A stretch of DNA of 41,135 bases from Jimgerdemannia flammicorona. Its lineage: Eukaryota. The DNA lies in NCBI GenBank assembly GCA_003990765.1, contig RBNJ01000114.1, positions 1-41,135 on the forward strand, in the 5' to 3' direction. Made by a program: the position numbers and the translations under genes. Of the stretch, positions 20,615 through 31,694 are shown in pieces. Below the pieces are notes generated by a model. The model made no database searches and was not told the DNA's origin. It was given only the letters and a program-made list of their open reading frames with translations. Position 1 is the first letter of the stretch; every line of letters starts with the position of its first letter.

Positions 20615-22125
20615 TGTAATGGTGACCCCAGAATGATGACATCAGCACAGGAGACAGCCTTTCCTTGCAAGCCACCAGATTGGAGTACAAGAAGATCTTA
20701 CAACATATGAGATGAGCAATGATGACCAACTGTGAGTCATTGTAACCACAGTACAAGTATCCTGAGGAATATAAAAGAAGGATCAAGGAATTGCAGTAGC
20801 AGCAACCAATAAGAATCACTAATCCCAAAATAGCTCAAAGACTTACTACAAATGAAATGTCTGCTGCCTATCAAACCTCAAGGTCAAGGAATCACCAAGG
20901 TATCTCAGTCGAGGAAAGGATATTCCAAGACATCAGAAGAGCCATGGGGACTTGCTCAAGAAAGACTCCTAGTGTCAACCTGGGTACTGCAGACTCTTAT
21001 CACTTTATTCTCTACTACCATGAAATGGAAACAAGGATCACTATTGCTACCAAATGTCTCCAAATGTAGCAGGAGTATAAAATAGAAAACCTCCTCTGTC
21101 AGGAGTTCCCACAAGCCAGTACTTAAGAGCTACAAGATGCCACTCCCATGGATATATGCAAAATGAGGACAACTAAGAAGATCCATCAGATCTTCAGGCA
21201 TACACTATGGTCGATCCTCAACTTAGAGTATGTTAGAGTCTCAGACTTCAGAGACCTGTCTTCCTGCCATATCAATGCACTAGAAGCCAGGGTGGCTACA
21301 GAAGCCCAGTCCACTATCACCCTCAATAGTGAAGAAGTAGAAGACTTCTAACATCATATCCTTCAGGACAACCCAGATCAATTTCTGCAAAGATTGATCT
21401 CAGTATTCCAAGGCCCAAGTATCTAGGTTAGACCTCCTCAAGACCCCACATTTGTTCCCTATTTTGTGGAAGAGAATCTCATAAACTGAAGAGCTCCAGA
21501 TCTCTTTGTTCTCGATTTCCCTGCTACAGCTGAACATGATGATGTCATCGCTGATGATGTCATCCCATGCGACATATGTGAGACATACGACCTACAAAAT
21601 GATGAATTTGTAGATCTCATCTCCTTCAGTGATGATGATAATGAGGATGAAGCCCCCATGGTTTTGAACTTTCTGCTCTAAGTTCTTTGTTACACTAGAT
21701 AATACCAGCACTAGTATTCTGAGGTGATGTGAAATTGTTCTAGCACTGGCATTTTGATATGATACTAGATAATACCAGCATCCTGAACCTATACAACTAC
21801 CAGTGTCAATCCTGGAACTTAGTAGTTTTAGTTATTGAAATTTATATTTAGCTTTATATCTTAGTAACCATTAAATTATATTTGGTATAAATACCCCTCT
21901 TATTTTCTCTGAAATAAAGTCAGTTCTTCTCAGTACAATACACATACTTTCTTGCAAGCAATCTAAGAGATAACAAGATAGTTAAAGATAAGAAGTTTGA
22001 GGACTATAAGACCTTGGGAAGGCACTCCAATAAGAACTTACTTATAACAAACTTGAGTTAGTCTAAGAGATATACCTTGAAGAGAATCTGGCATATTTGA
22101 AGGACTCAGCGACTACTACATGACA
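20615..22125 (+). repeat. 5' LTR (1511 bp)
   Basis: Starts TGTAAT, ends TGACA. Direct repeat of 27831-29375. Confidence 0.96.
20626..21681 (+). pseudogene. Cryptic accessory ORF inside the LTR (~325-350 codons, acidic tail), also present in the 3' LTR
   Basis: A single frame with no frameshift joins ORF-track pieces 20857.. and 21148... Several stops are sense codons in the other LTR (TAA/TGG at 21349, TGA/TGG at 21487, TAA/CAA at 21124). Codon style matches pol. Candidate ATG at 20707. Confidence 0.65.
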
Positions 22126-22128
22126 ACT

Positions 22129-22146
22129 TGGTGCCCATTGACTGGT
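22129..22146 (+). promoter_or_regulatory. Probable primer-binding site
   Basis: TGGTGCCCATTGACTGG starts 3 nt after the 5' LTR. The cognate tRNA is not identified. Confidence 0.65.
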
Positions 22147-22181
22147 GATTCAAGATGAATCCCTCACTTTCAAGCTGAAAA

Positions 22182-25100
22182 ATGAACAACCCCACAACAA
22201 CTACCCTGACTATAAGAGTCACCCCTGTAAGAATTCAAGATAAGATAGAAATGTACCCCCTCACATTCTATAGATATACTACTGAAGAGTCAATCCTGAT
22301 CTTTATTGAAGACTTTGAACAATTCGCCACCATATGAGCCCTTGGTGTAGATGCTCAATTGGCCCTTCTACCAGTCAGTCTCAGAGAATCTGCCAGAGAC
22401 AAGTTCAATATAGCCACCATTGCTGATGCTGGTACAGCCAAACTTACCAATATGAAGGTCTTCCTCAGAACAATATATTATACTAAAGAGATCAAGCAAG
22501 CTCTCAAGGATCAACTCAATACTATCTGCCAGGGACTTAGTGAAGATCCCAACTCATTTTATACCCAAATCTGCCACCAGATTGTCTTGGCTGGCTATGA
22601 TGACTGCCTCAAGGAATAAATAGCAGATTCAACCTTCCTCAAAGGAGTTCACTCTGAAATTGCCCTAGCAATCTGGTCTACTCCAGCTGCACTGACCCTT
22701 GATCAGAAAGTGGTCTTTGTACAGAGATATTGGACTGTCAGACATTTTGCTGAACACTCAATGGAGAAAATAACTGGCATCAAGATGGAGCCATCAAAGC
22801 CAACTAGTATCTTACCTGCTACAGTCATAAACAGATAACTAACCCCACCTACCCCCAAGACAGCCAAAGCTGACCCAGTGGAGGAACTTGCCAAGCAATT
22901 CACTGAGATGACTGCACACCTTGGTAATATTATTAGAGAAGTCCGAAGTACTAACAGGAGACCAGTGCAGAGATTTGCAGCTGCTACAGAAGAATACAAT
23001 ATCACATGCTTCAGATGTGGAGAAAAAGGCCACTATACAAAGAGTTGCATGACTGAAACAAGACACAAAGTCTAACCAAGCAATGCTAGCAGAACCAGAG
23101 AACAAACCAATGCAGTAGTCATTGAGGAGATTGGTGATACTGATGACAAAGAATACTATGAGGAGCTCGAATTCTACCCTGCTACTGAAGGTACCAGAAC
23201 CCAGTCCAAGCCCTATGACAAGAAGAGCAACAGCAAGCCAGTTGGAAGACCAAAGAAGACCCCAGCTATCACTATTCAAAGCAAGACTCAACCTGAGGAG
23301 ATTGATCAAGACATGGAGTTAGATGAAGCTGCCTGCCAAATTATTGAAGGTACTATTCCAGTCTCAGGAGAAAGCAAAAGCAAAAAGGAACAGAAGCTGT
23401 GCAAGACCAAGATCCACCAGTATGACATCTACAAGGATCTCAAGAAACAGAAGGTCAATGCTACCTTTGGACAGCTAGCTGAAGTCCCTGCCTTCAGACA
23501 GCAGTTGAGAGTAGGACTTACAACTACTGCCAAGAATCAAGAGTACAAGATTGTAGAAGCTCACAATATACAGAAAGAATCCAAGAACTCAGGTGAAGAA
23601 TCCGAAGACCAGCACAAGACATCAGCCTATACCCCCTGCCAGATTGAAGACTGTATCTTTGATACCATCATTGATACTGGTACTGGAGGATACCTTATGA
23701 GCAAGAAAACAATTGACTGCCTAGGTTAGAACATTGAAGAGTCCATCAAAATGGTCTATGTCACAGCAGATGGTACATGAGCTATCCTTCTTGGCAAAAT
23801 CCAAGAAGTCCTCATCAAGATAGGAGGAGCTACCATCCCAGTAGACATGATTGTTACAAGCACCATCAACTATGACATCCTCATTGGCAGCCAATGGCTT
23901 CACAAGGCCAAGGCCATTATTGACCTCAATGCCCAGAAGATGCAGATCAACTACAGAGAAAGAAAGGTACAAGTCTCTATCAATGTCCACAAAGGAGTCC
24001 TACCAGACATGGAGGAAGGAGATGAAGAGGACACAGAGGTCTTCATGCACTTGATGAACAAGAACAAGAGCAAGACACCCAAGCTCACAGATAAGCAGTG
24101 GTACAATAAGATCATCGATGAGTATGCCCCTCAAGGAAGATGCCCTCATGGTACTAGAATATACTGCTCCGAATACCTGAATAACTGCTGGTCCTGTATC
24201 AGTGAAGTCAGGAAAATCCACTAACAGAAATATGAGCAAGAAGCCACCGAAGCAAAAAGGAAAGCTGAAGAAGATAACCAGCCTCTAGAGCTTCAAGCTG
24301 ACAGTGATGATGAGGAGGAATAAGAATCAGACATCACTCTCAAGGTTAAGAAGTTTCACCCTGAAGCTAAGATCCCAGAATACAAGACTGAAGGAGCCAT
24401 AGGAATAGACCTTGCTAGCATTCAAGATGCTACCCTTGAACCACAGACCACTACCCTACTTGGTACTGGAATTGGAGTCAAGTTACCAGAAAACTATGCC
24501 AGAATTATCAAGATCAGGAGTAGTCTGGTCAAAAGTGAAATCTCAGTTAAAAGAGGAGTAATTGACCCTGATTACACTGGCAAGATCTTTCTTATAGTCA
24601 GAAATCACAACCACACCACTCCCTTTGAAGTCAAGAAGCATGACAGGATTGACCAGATGCTGATCCATGAAGTCAAAAAGCCTAAGATCATAGAAGCCAT
24701 TGAACTCATCAAGATCAAGAAAGGAGAACAAGGCTTTGGATCTACTGGAAGAGGAGCCTATGCTACCACCAAGATTACCGAACTTGAGCATAAGAAAGAC
24801 AAGGACCAGAACAAGCACACATATACCATTGGAGAAAACTTTTCCTTGGAGGAACAACTTCTCAAGATCCTATACCAGAATAAAGGAGTACTTACTACAG
24901 ACTTTAGGGATATCCACAATCAAGAACCCAAGTACTACTATGAAGTTGATACTGGTAATACCAAGCCCATCTACCAGAAAGCCAGACCCATACCATCTGC
25001 CTACAGAGAGTGGCTGTGAGCAGAACTCAAGGAAATGGAAGAAGCTGAAATCATCAAGCAAGCTATCAGCCCCTGGGCCTCACCCATTGTCCTAATCCCA

Positions 25101-26270
25101 AAGAAAGGAAGTAAGTCTGGAGAGTTTGTACCAAGACTCTGCATTGACTACAGGAAACTCAATGCCATCACCAAGAAGGATAGGCAGCCCTTGCTGAATA
25201 TTCAAGAAATTCTTACCATCCTTGGAAGCAAAGCCAAATACTACACCACCTTGGATCTGTTCTCAGGCTTCCATCAGATCAGTCTCACTCAAGATACCAG
25301 TGAGAAATCAGCCTTCATCACACCTGACACTACCTATATCTACCTGCGAATGTCATTTGGAATGTGCAATGCCCTAGCAAGTTTTCAGCAAATGATAAAT
25401 AGAGTCTTCAGCAATGAGATTGGAAAATAGCTCTTTGTCTATGTTGATGATGTGATCATCTTCAGCAACATAGCACAGGAACATGTCAATCACATCCAGC
25501 TAGCTCTCAAGAGACTCAAGGAACATAGCCTCTACATCAAGCCCAAGAAATGCAAGTTTGCAGCTCAGGAAATCTCCTATCTAGGACACCTCATCAACCA
25601 GACCAGAATCCACACAGACCCCATGAAGATCGAGGCTGTTACAGCCTACCTGAGACCCAGAACAACCACAGAAGTCCACACCTTCCTTGGACTAGCCAGC
25701 TACTACAGAAGATTTATCAAAGGATACTCCAACATTGCAGCATCTATCTATGAGCTACTGAAGAAGGAGACCAAATTCAAATGGACCAAGGAGTACCAAG
25801 AAACCTTCAATGAACTCAAGACCAGGTTGACTCAAGCACCCATCCTCAGAAGACCAGACTGGAACCTAGAATTCATCCTGCAGACAGATGCGAGTATTAT
25901 AGGACTTGGAGCAGTCCTAACTCAGAAGAAAGATAGACATGAATATGTCATCTCTTATGCAAGCTGAGGTATCTGCAGAGCAGAACAGAACTACAAGTCA
26001 TATAAGCTTAAATACTTAGCAGTAGTCTGGACAGTAGACAAGTTCCACTACTACCTAGCTGGGAAATACTTTACTATTCAAACAGACCATTCCACTCTTG
26101 CCTGGCTATTCCACACACTGAACCCCAAAGGAATATATACCAGATAGATCTACAGGCTGTAAGAGTATGACTGTACTGTTAAGCACTGCTCAGGAAAGAC
26201 CAACACCAATATCAATGCACTCTCAAGGATACCCCGAAACACTCCCATCAAGACTATTCAACATGAATAA
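22182..26270 (+). pseudogene. gag-protease-dUTPase-RT-RNase H polyprotein in a single frame, inactivated by nonsense mutations
   Basis: FIEDFEQFA gag start, CCHC knuckle CFRCGEKGHYTKSC (~23007-23049), protease IIDTG (~23670), RT SPWASPIVLIPKK / RLCIDYRKLN / YVDD (~25440), RNase H FILQTDAS..GLGAVL, TDH and ALSR. Confidence 0.94.
24339..24749 (+). other. dUTPase domain within the retrotransposon polyprotein
   Basis: All five trimeric dUTPase motifs in a stop-free stretch: AIGIDL, RSSL, GVIDPDYTG, DRIDQ and KGEQGFGSTG. Confidence 0.95.
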
Positions 26271-27513
26271 GGAGCTATACTATGGATTAATCAGCTATCT
26301 TGGGCAGCAGAAGATGTCCAACCACCTTAAACCCTGGACAATCACCATCATCAACTGGACTTAGAAACAGTTTGAATTAGACAATACTATACTCAGAAAA
26401 GGAGGAAAGCTAGTAATACCCGAACATAAGAAGTATCAAGTAATGAAGAAAGTACATGAGCAAGGACACTTAGGAGGAACCAACACATACAATAAGGTAA
26501 GAAGAACTATGTGGTGGCTTAAGATAGAAGAAGACCTGCACCAATTTGTCAAAGAGTGTAACAAGTGCCAAAAACAGAAACAAGATCAGCAAGACCAGAC
26601 ATCCAGGTCATCAAGAATTGAGCCTATCCCCTTCCACCACATTGTAATGGATATCATTGGACCACTACCAGTAATACTATCAGGAAACCACTATATTATA
26701 GTTATTGTAGACCTCTTCACCAAATAGATAGAGGCAGGAGCATTACAAGAAGCCAATACCCTCTCTATAGCTGACTTTCTGCACCAAGAAATCATCTGCT
26801 GCTATAAGACACCAAAGCAAATCACAACAGACTGCAGAATGGAATTTTTCAATAGATTCCATGAGATAATGTATCAGAAATACAAGATCCAGTACATCAA
26901 GACCACTGTGTACCACCCTTAAGGAAATGGACAGATAGAGAGAACCAACAAGACCCTCAAGAACATCCTAGTAAAGATCTCAGAGATATATGAGAATTGG
27001 GATAACTACCTCTCAACTGCCCTCTCTGTCCTATGAGACATATGGTCACAGAGCACACATTTTACCCCAAGAGAGTTGCTCTTTAGAGAAGAAGATTCTG
27101 ATGGAACCTCAGCCACAAATATAAATCTAACTTGGAGATAGGTTGATGCAGAAATCTGGAGACTACACCAAATCAGGAAGAAGGCTGAAGATTATATCAC
27201 CAAGTTACAAGCACTGACAAGAAAGAATGTGGAAAAGAATCACAAGGCCCTAGAACCCATCTGAATCAGAGAAAAGGTTCTACTGTATCGAAATATGGTA
27301 GAAGCCTCATGGTCATGAAAACTAGAGCCCAAATGGAAAGGACCCTTCTATATGTAAGATATCAAGGGAACTATCTTCTGGCTTAGAAAAATCTCAGAGA
27401 CTATGTATACTGCCTACAACAGTATACAGGACAGACTCAAGAAGTATCACAAATCTATATAAGAGAAGCAAAACATGATGACTACCTGTGAGGTTCTAGT
27501 CCACGAATCATAA
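26263..27513 (+). pseudogene. Integrase encoded in a separate frame, with nonsense mutations
   Basis: ATG 26263 overlaps the pol stop (cATGaaTAA). HHCC (VHEQGHLG...CNKCQ), HIVMDIIGP, VDLFTK, ITTD, YHP.GNGQIERTN and GPY/F module KLEPKWKGPF. Confidence 0.9.
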
Positions 27514-27820
27514 CAGCATACATATCCTATGACTAGCAGGCTATCTGTCTGGACCATTCTCTAAGGGATACAGTACTGGCAACTACTCATCCGTGAGACT
27601 TTCGAAGTCAGAGGAGTTTGAACTGTCAACTGATTGGTCAAGATCAGAATCAGGCCCTTGCTCTATATAAAGAGAGCAACCCTTTACCATCATACCAAAA
27701 TACAAAGAGAAGATACCAGCCCATAAATACCACTTTTCGACCCCTTGCCAGAGGTTATGAGATCAGCAAATTTTTCAGGACTAGACCAATGAATAAGGAT
27801 GCTCGAGGAGATCCTTATTC

Positions 27821-27830
27821 AGGAGGAAGA
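27821..27830 (+). promoter_or_regulatory. Polypurine tract
   Basis: AGGAGGAAGA directly abuts the 3' LTR TG. Confidence 0.85.
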
Positions 27831-29375
27831 TGTAATAGTGATCCCAGAATAATGACATCAGTACAGGAGACAGCCTTTCCTTGCAAGCTACTAGATCAGA
27901 GTACAAGAAGATCTTATGGCATATGAGATGAGCAATAATGACCAACTGTGAGTCATTGTGACTACAGTACAAGCATCCTGAGGAATATAAAAGAAGGATC
28001 AAGGAACTGCAGTAGCAGTAACCAACAAGAACCACCAATCCCAAAATAGCTCAAAGACTTACTACAAATGAAATATCTGCTGCCCACCAAACCTCAAGGT
28101 CAAGGAATCACCAAGGTATCTCAGTCAAGAAAAGAATATTCCAAGACATCAGAAGAGCTATGGGAACCTGCTCAAGAAGGACTCCTAGTATCAACCTGGG
28201 TACTGCAGACCCTTATCACTTTATTCTCTACCACTATGAAATGGAAACAAGGATCACTATTGCTACTGAATGCCTCCAAATATAGCAGGAGTATGAAATA
28301 GGAAACCTCCTCTGCCAGGAGTTTCCATAAGCCAGCACTCAAGAGCTACAAGATGCCACTCTCATAGATATATATGAAACGAGGACAGCTAAGAAGATCC
28401 ATCAGATCTTCAGGCATGCACCATAGTCAATCCCCAACTTGGAGTATGTTAGAGTCTCAGACTTCAGAGACCTATCTTCCTGCCATATCAATGCACTAGA
28501 AGCCAGGGTGGCTATAGAAGCCCAGTCTACTATCACCCTCAACAGTGAAGAAGTAGAAGACTTCTGGCATCCTATCCTTTAGGACAACTCAGACCAATTC
28601 CTACAAAGATTGATCTCAGTATTTCAAGGCTCAGGCATCTAGGTTAGACCTCCCCAAGACTCCACATTTGTTCCTTATTTTGTGGAAGAGAACCTCATAG
28701 ACTGGAGAGCTCCAGATCTTCTTGTTCTCAATTTCCCTGCCACAGCCGAACATGATGACATCATTGGCGATGACATCATCCCACGTGACATATGCAAGAC
28801 GTATGACCTGTAAAACAATGAATTCATGGATCTCATCTCCTTTAGTAATGATGATGATGAGGATGAAGCCCCCATGGTCCTGAACTTTCTGCTCTAAGTT
28901 CTTTGTTACACTGGATAATGCCAGCACTGGTATTCTCATGTAACACTGAATAATACCAGCACCAGTATTCTGAGGTGATGTGAAATTGTTCCAGCACTGG
29001 TATTTTGATGTGACACTAGATAATACCAGCATCCTGAACCTGTACAACCATCAGTGCTGACCCTGGAACTTAGTAGTTTTAATTATTGGAATTTATATTT
29101 AGCTTTATATCTTAGCAACTATTAAATTATATTTTGTATAAATACCCCTCTTATTTCCTCTGAAATAAAGTCAGTTCTTCTCAGTGCAATACACCCACTT
29201 CCTTGCAAGCAATCTAAGAGATAACAAGACAGTTAAAGATAAGAAGTTTGAGGACTATAAGACCTTGGGAAGGCACTCCAATAAGAACTTGCTTATACAA
29301 ACTTGAGTTAGTCTAAGAGATACACCTTGAAGAGAATCTGGCATATTTGAAGGACTCAGCGACCACTACGTGACA
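27831..29375 (+). repeat. 3' LTR (1545 bp), with one extra ~36-bp internal repeat unit
   Basis: Direct repeat of the 5' LTR, with an extra unit near 28938-28972. Confidence 0.96.
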
Positions 29376-29431
29376 ATACTCAGAGAGCCATTCTATGAGA
29401 GATTCAAAAGGTGTTTTTTTTTTTTTTTTTT

Positions 29432-29578
29432 TTTTTTGGACATCTACGACATCTGAACATCTGAACATCGGCATCGGGGCATTGGACATCCGCATTTAAG
29501 ACATCTGAATCGGGGCCATCGTGCATCCCGACTGACACTCTAGGTGACATCTGGGATGCACCCCAGATGTCCAAAAAA
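29432..29578. repeat. Small foldback/MITE-like element with 14-bp terminal inverted repeats
   Basis: TTTTTTGGACATCT (29432-29445) and AGATGTCCAAAAAA (29565-29578). Internal ACATC(T) reiterations and nested inverted repeats. Confidence 0.5.
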
Positions 29579-31154
29579 CTTTCATGATGCGATTAGCCGC
29601 TGCGAAAGGCGTGACAGGCTAACCATGAGATATGCTGAATTCGAACGAACGGAATTGAAATTTGTATTTTTGAAAATAAATCAAGAAATTTTACTCGTCC
29701 TGCAATATTCCACATGCATCGACATCCCCACCGCATCTAAATTTCCTAATGTTTCGAAGGTGATTTAGGTGCCCGAGAACGAGAGATGTCGGAGCCACTT
29801 CTCTGTGTTCGGTACGCTGCAGGAACGTGTCGAATCTGCTGAATTGGACTTTTTGTTTTATAGAGCTTAGTTGGTTTACTCCTCTATGTCAGTGGCTAAT
29901 AATGATCCCCATGGCCGATGTTCTATCAATCACAATAGCTTCTTGGCTACCCATACATTTAACCATTCATCTAACACAGCATTAGCATTTTCTGTGGACA
30001 CCAACTGTGCTGGTTATTTCTGCAACGGAAAGTTTGCCCCGTACTTTAAACTTTAAATCCGGAATACTACGCAGCTGGCTTGAGCTCCTTCCGAGGACAA
30101 GAGTCGGCATCGTCATCGTCGATGGAGTTGTTGGACTTATTTTTCTTAAAAATCGCCATCGTTTTACCGATATGCGCTCTTTCTCTGCATTCCGATCAGC
30201 AAACTTTGAGCGAGTCCGGTATGGGGCCCATTTTCCACGCTGCCTCCACTCAAAGATACAATAAACAGCATTTGGCCTAAATAGTTCGATTCAAGGTATA
30301 TCATATCTTTGCTGTGGTTTGTGCCATTAGATGTCAATCTGCAGACGGAATGGGTTTATGTGTTTGTCGTGCACCCTATCCGCCGAATGTCGGCCGCTTG
30401 TCACACGGGCCACAATGCCCAGAACACTAGATTAGCTTGTTTATGATGACCGAACAGTTCCCGGATTCAAGCTCCCGAAATACAGCGAGGCATTGAAATA
30501 CCAACGACAAAATTAGCCAAAGAGGATCTTCGAAGCAAATATCTCGAGCCGCTCACGTCGAACGTTGGGCATCGTGGTTTCTGTAGCATCAAATAACCAC
30601 ATGACATGCTTGGTGAACGGATTTGCGGATTTGCCATGACCAGTTACTCCAAGCGGCCAGCTGCTCATCCAATATTGGCTTCTCGCGGCTTTGTTTGCGA
30701 AAGGTCTTGTGTCAAACCGAACATCTGTTTGGGTGACAGACGTATACCTTTCCACCTTTCCACACATACCACCGGATTAGCTTTAAAGTGGTTCCTGGCA
30801 GAAACATCCATTTGTAATTACATAACCAGGCGAGAAACAGCTCCTACTCGGCATTACAATCCGAATTCGTTTCGACTGGAGAGGTCCCCGCTATTTTGTA
30901 TTATGGAACCGGTCATATGGATAATGGCTGCAATAAGGGGAGTTACCGCGACCGCAATGTTTTGAAAAAGTGTTGCCCGTGATTTCCTTAATCGCGACAA
31001 CCCTTGGGTCACGCATCTGGAATGCACTGGCGCAGCAATGCCGCAAATATAGTAGATATAAATACTGGTTGCCGAAGCCCTTTCTTTCTCCTCATTACCA
31101 TCGAGTTGCATTCCCTGCCTCACTTGCACCAACTACCCACCACCAGTTATTACC

Positions 31155-31694
31155 ATGAAGTTCTTCCTTGCCACCGCTGTCCTCTACGCCCTCTTCGTCG
31201 CCAAGGTTCAAGCCCAGTGTTCCTGCACTACCACTGATTGGACTTGCATCCAAAATTGCTGTATTTTTATTTTTATTTTTCGTGCATCAGTAAATGCCAA
31301 CGAATGCGCTCTTGTCATAGATTACTCACGCCCTTCATTGTTGGAACGTTTTCTTCGATTGCTATTTTAGTTTCGGCCGCTAATGCTTGCTTCGAAAGCT
31401 GCTCAGACGACGCATGCAGGGCAGCCTGCTTCAATAACAACTGGGCCAACATCACCACCGCCAACGCCACTCAAGCCACGGCCTCGGTCAGTGCCTTGTC
31501 CAGCACTTTCACCTCCACGACCTCTCCACCGCTCTGCCCTCAAGCTCCGTCATCACATCTCTCTCTATGAGCGCCGGACCCAGCAGTAGCATCAGCATCG
31601 TTTCTCCCAAGCCTGACTCTGCCGGTATCAGCGACTTCTCCCCATGGGCGCCGTGTTGGTCCTTGCCTGCAGTACCCTGTTTGCCTACCTCTAA
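31155..31694 (+). pseudogene. Small secreted Cys-rich, Ser/Thr-rich, probably GPI-anchored protein with two apparent frameshifts
   Basis: TATAAATA at ~31057. MKFFLATAVLYALFVAKVQA signal, QCSCTTTDWTCIQNC, intron 31261-31370, FSAANACFESCSDDACRAACF, S/T-rich stalk that changes frame at ~31522, and hydrophobic tail MGAVLVLACSTLFAYL* in a third frame. Confidence 0.7.

Larger units (their letters stand above)
20615..29375 (+). mobile_element. Full-length degenerate Ty3/Gypsy LTR retrotransposon (8761 bp), 4-bp TSD ATAC
   Basis: TG...CA LTRs 20615-22125 and 27831-29375. ATAC at 20611-20614 and 29376-29379. PBS-like TGGTGCCC at 22129, PPT 27821-27830. Domain order gag-PR-dUTPase-RT-RH then IN. Many in-frame stops. 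Confidence 0.97.

Noticed and set aside
20852-21085. ORF MKCLLPIKPQ... and its copy 28068..28301 as the LTR gene
   Set aside because: Reads as the +1 shadow of the longer LTR frame, like the shadows seen over pol.
30513-30767. GVTGHGKS P-loop-like string in a short minus-strand ORF
   Set aside because: An isolated motif with no preceding beta-strand or Walker B context; cannot support an NTPase call.
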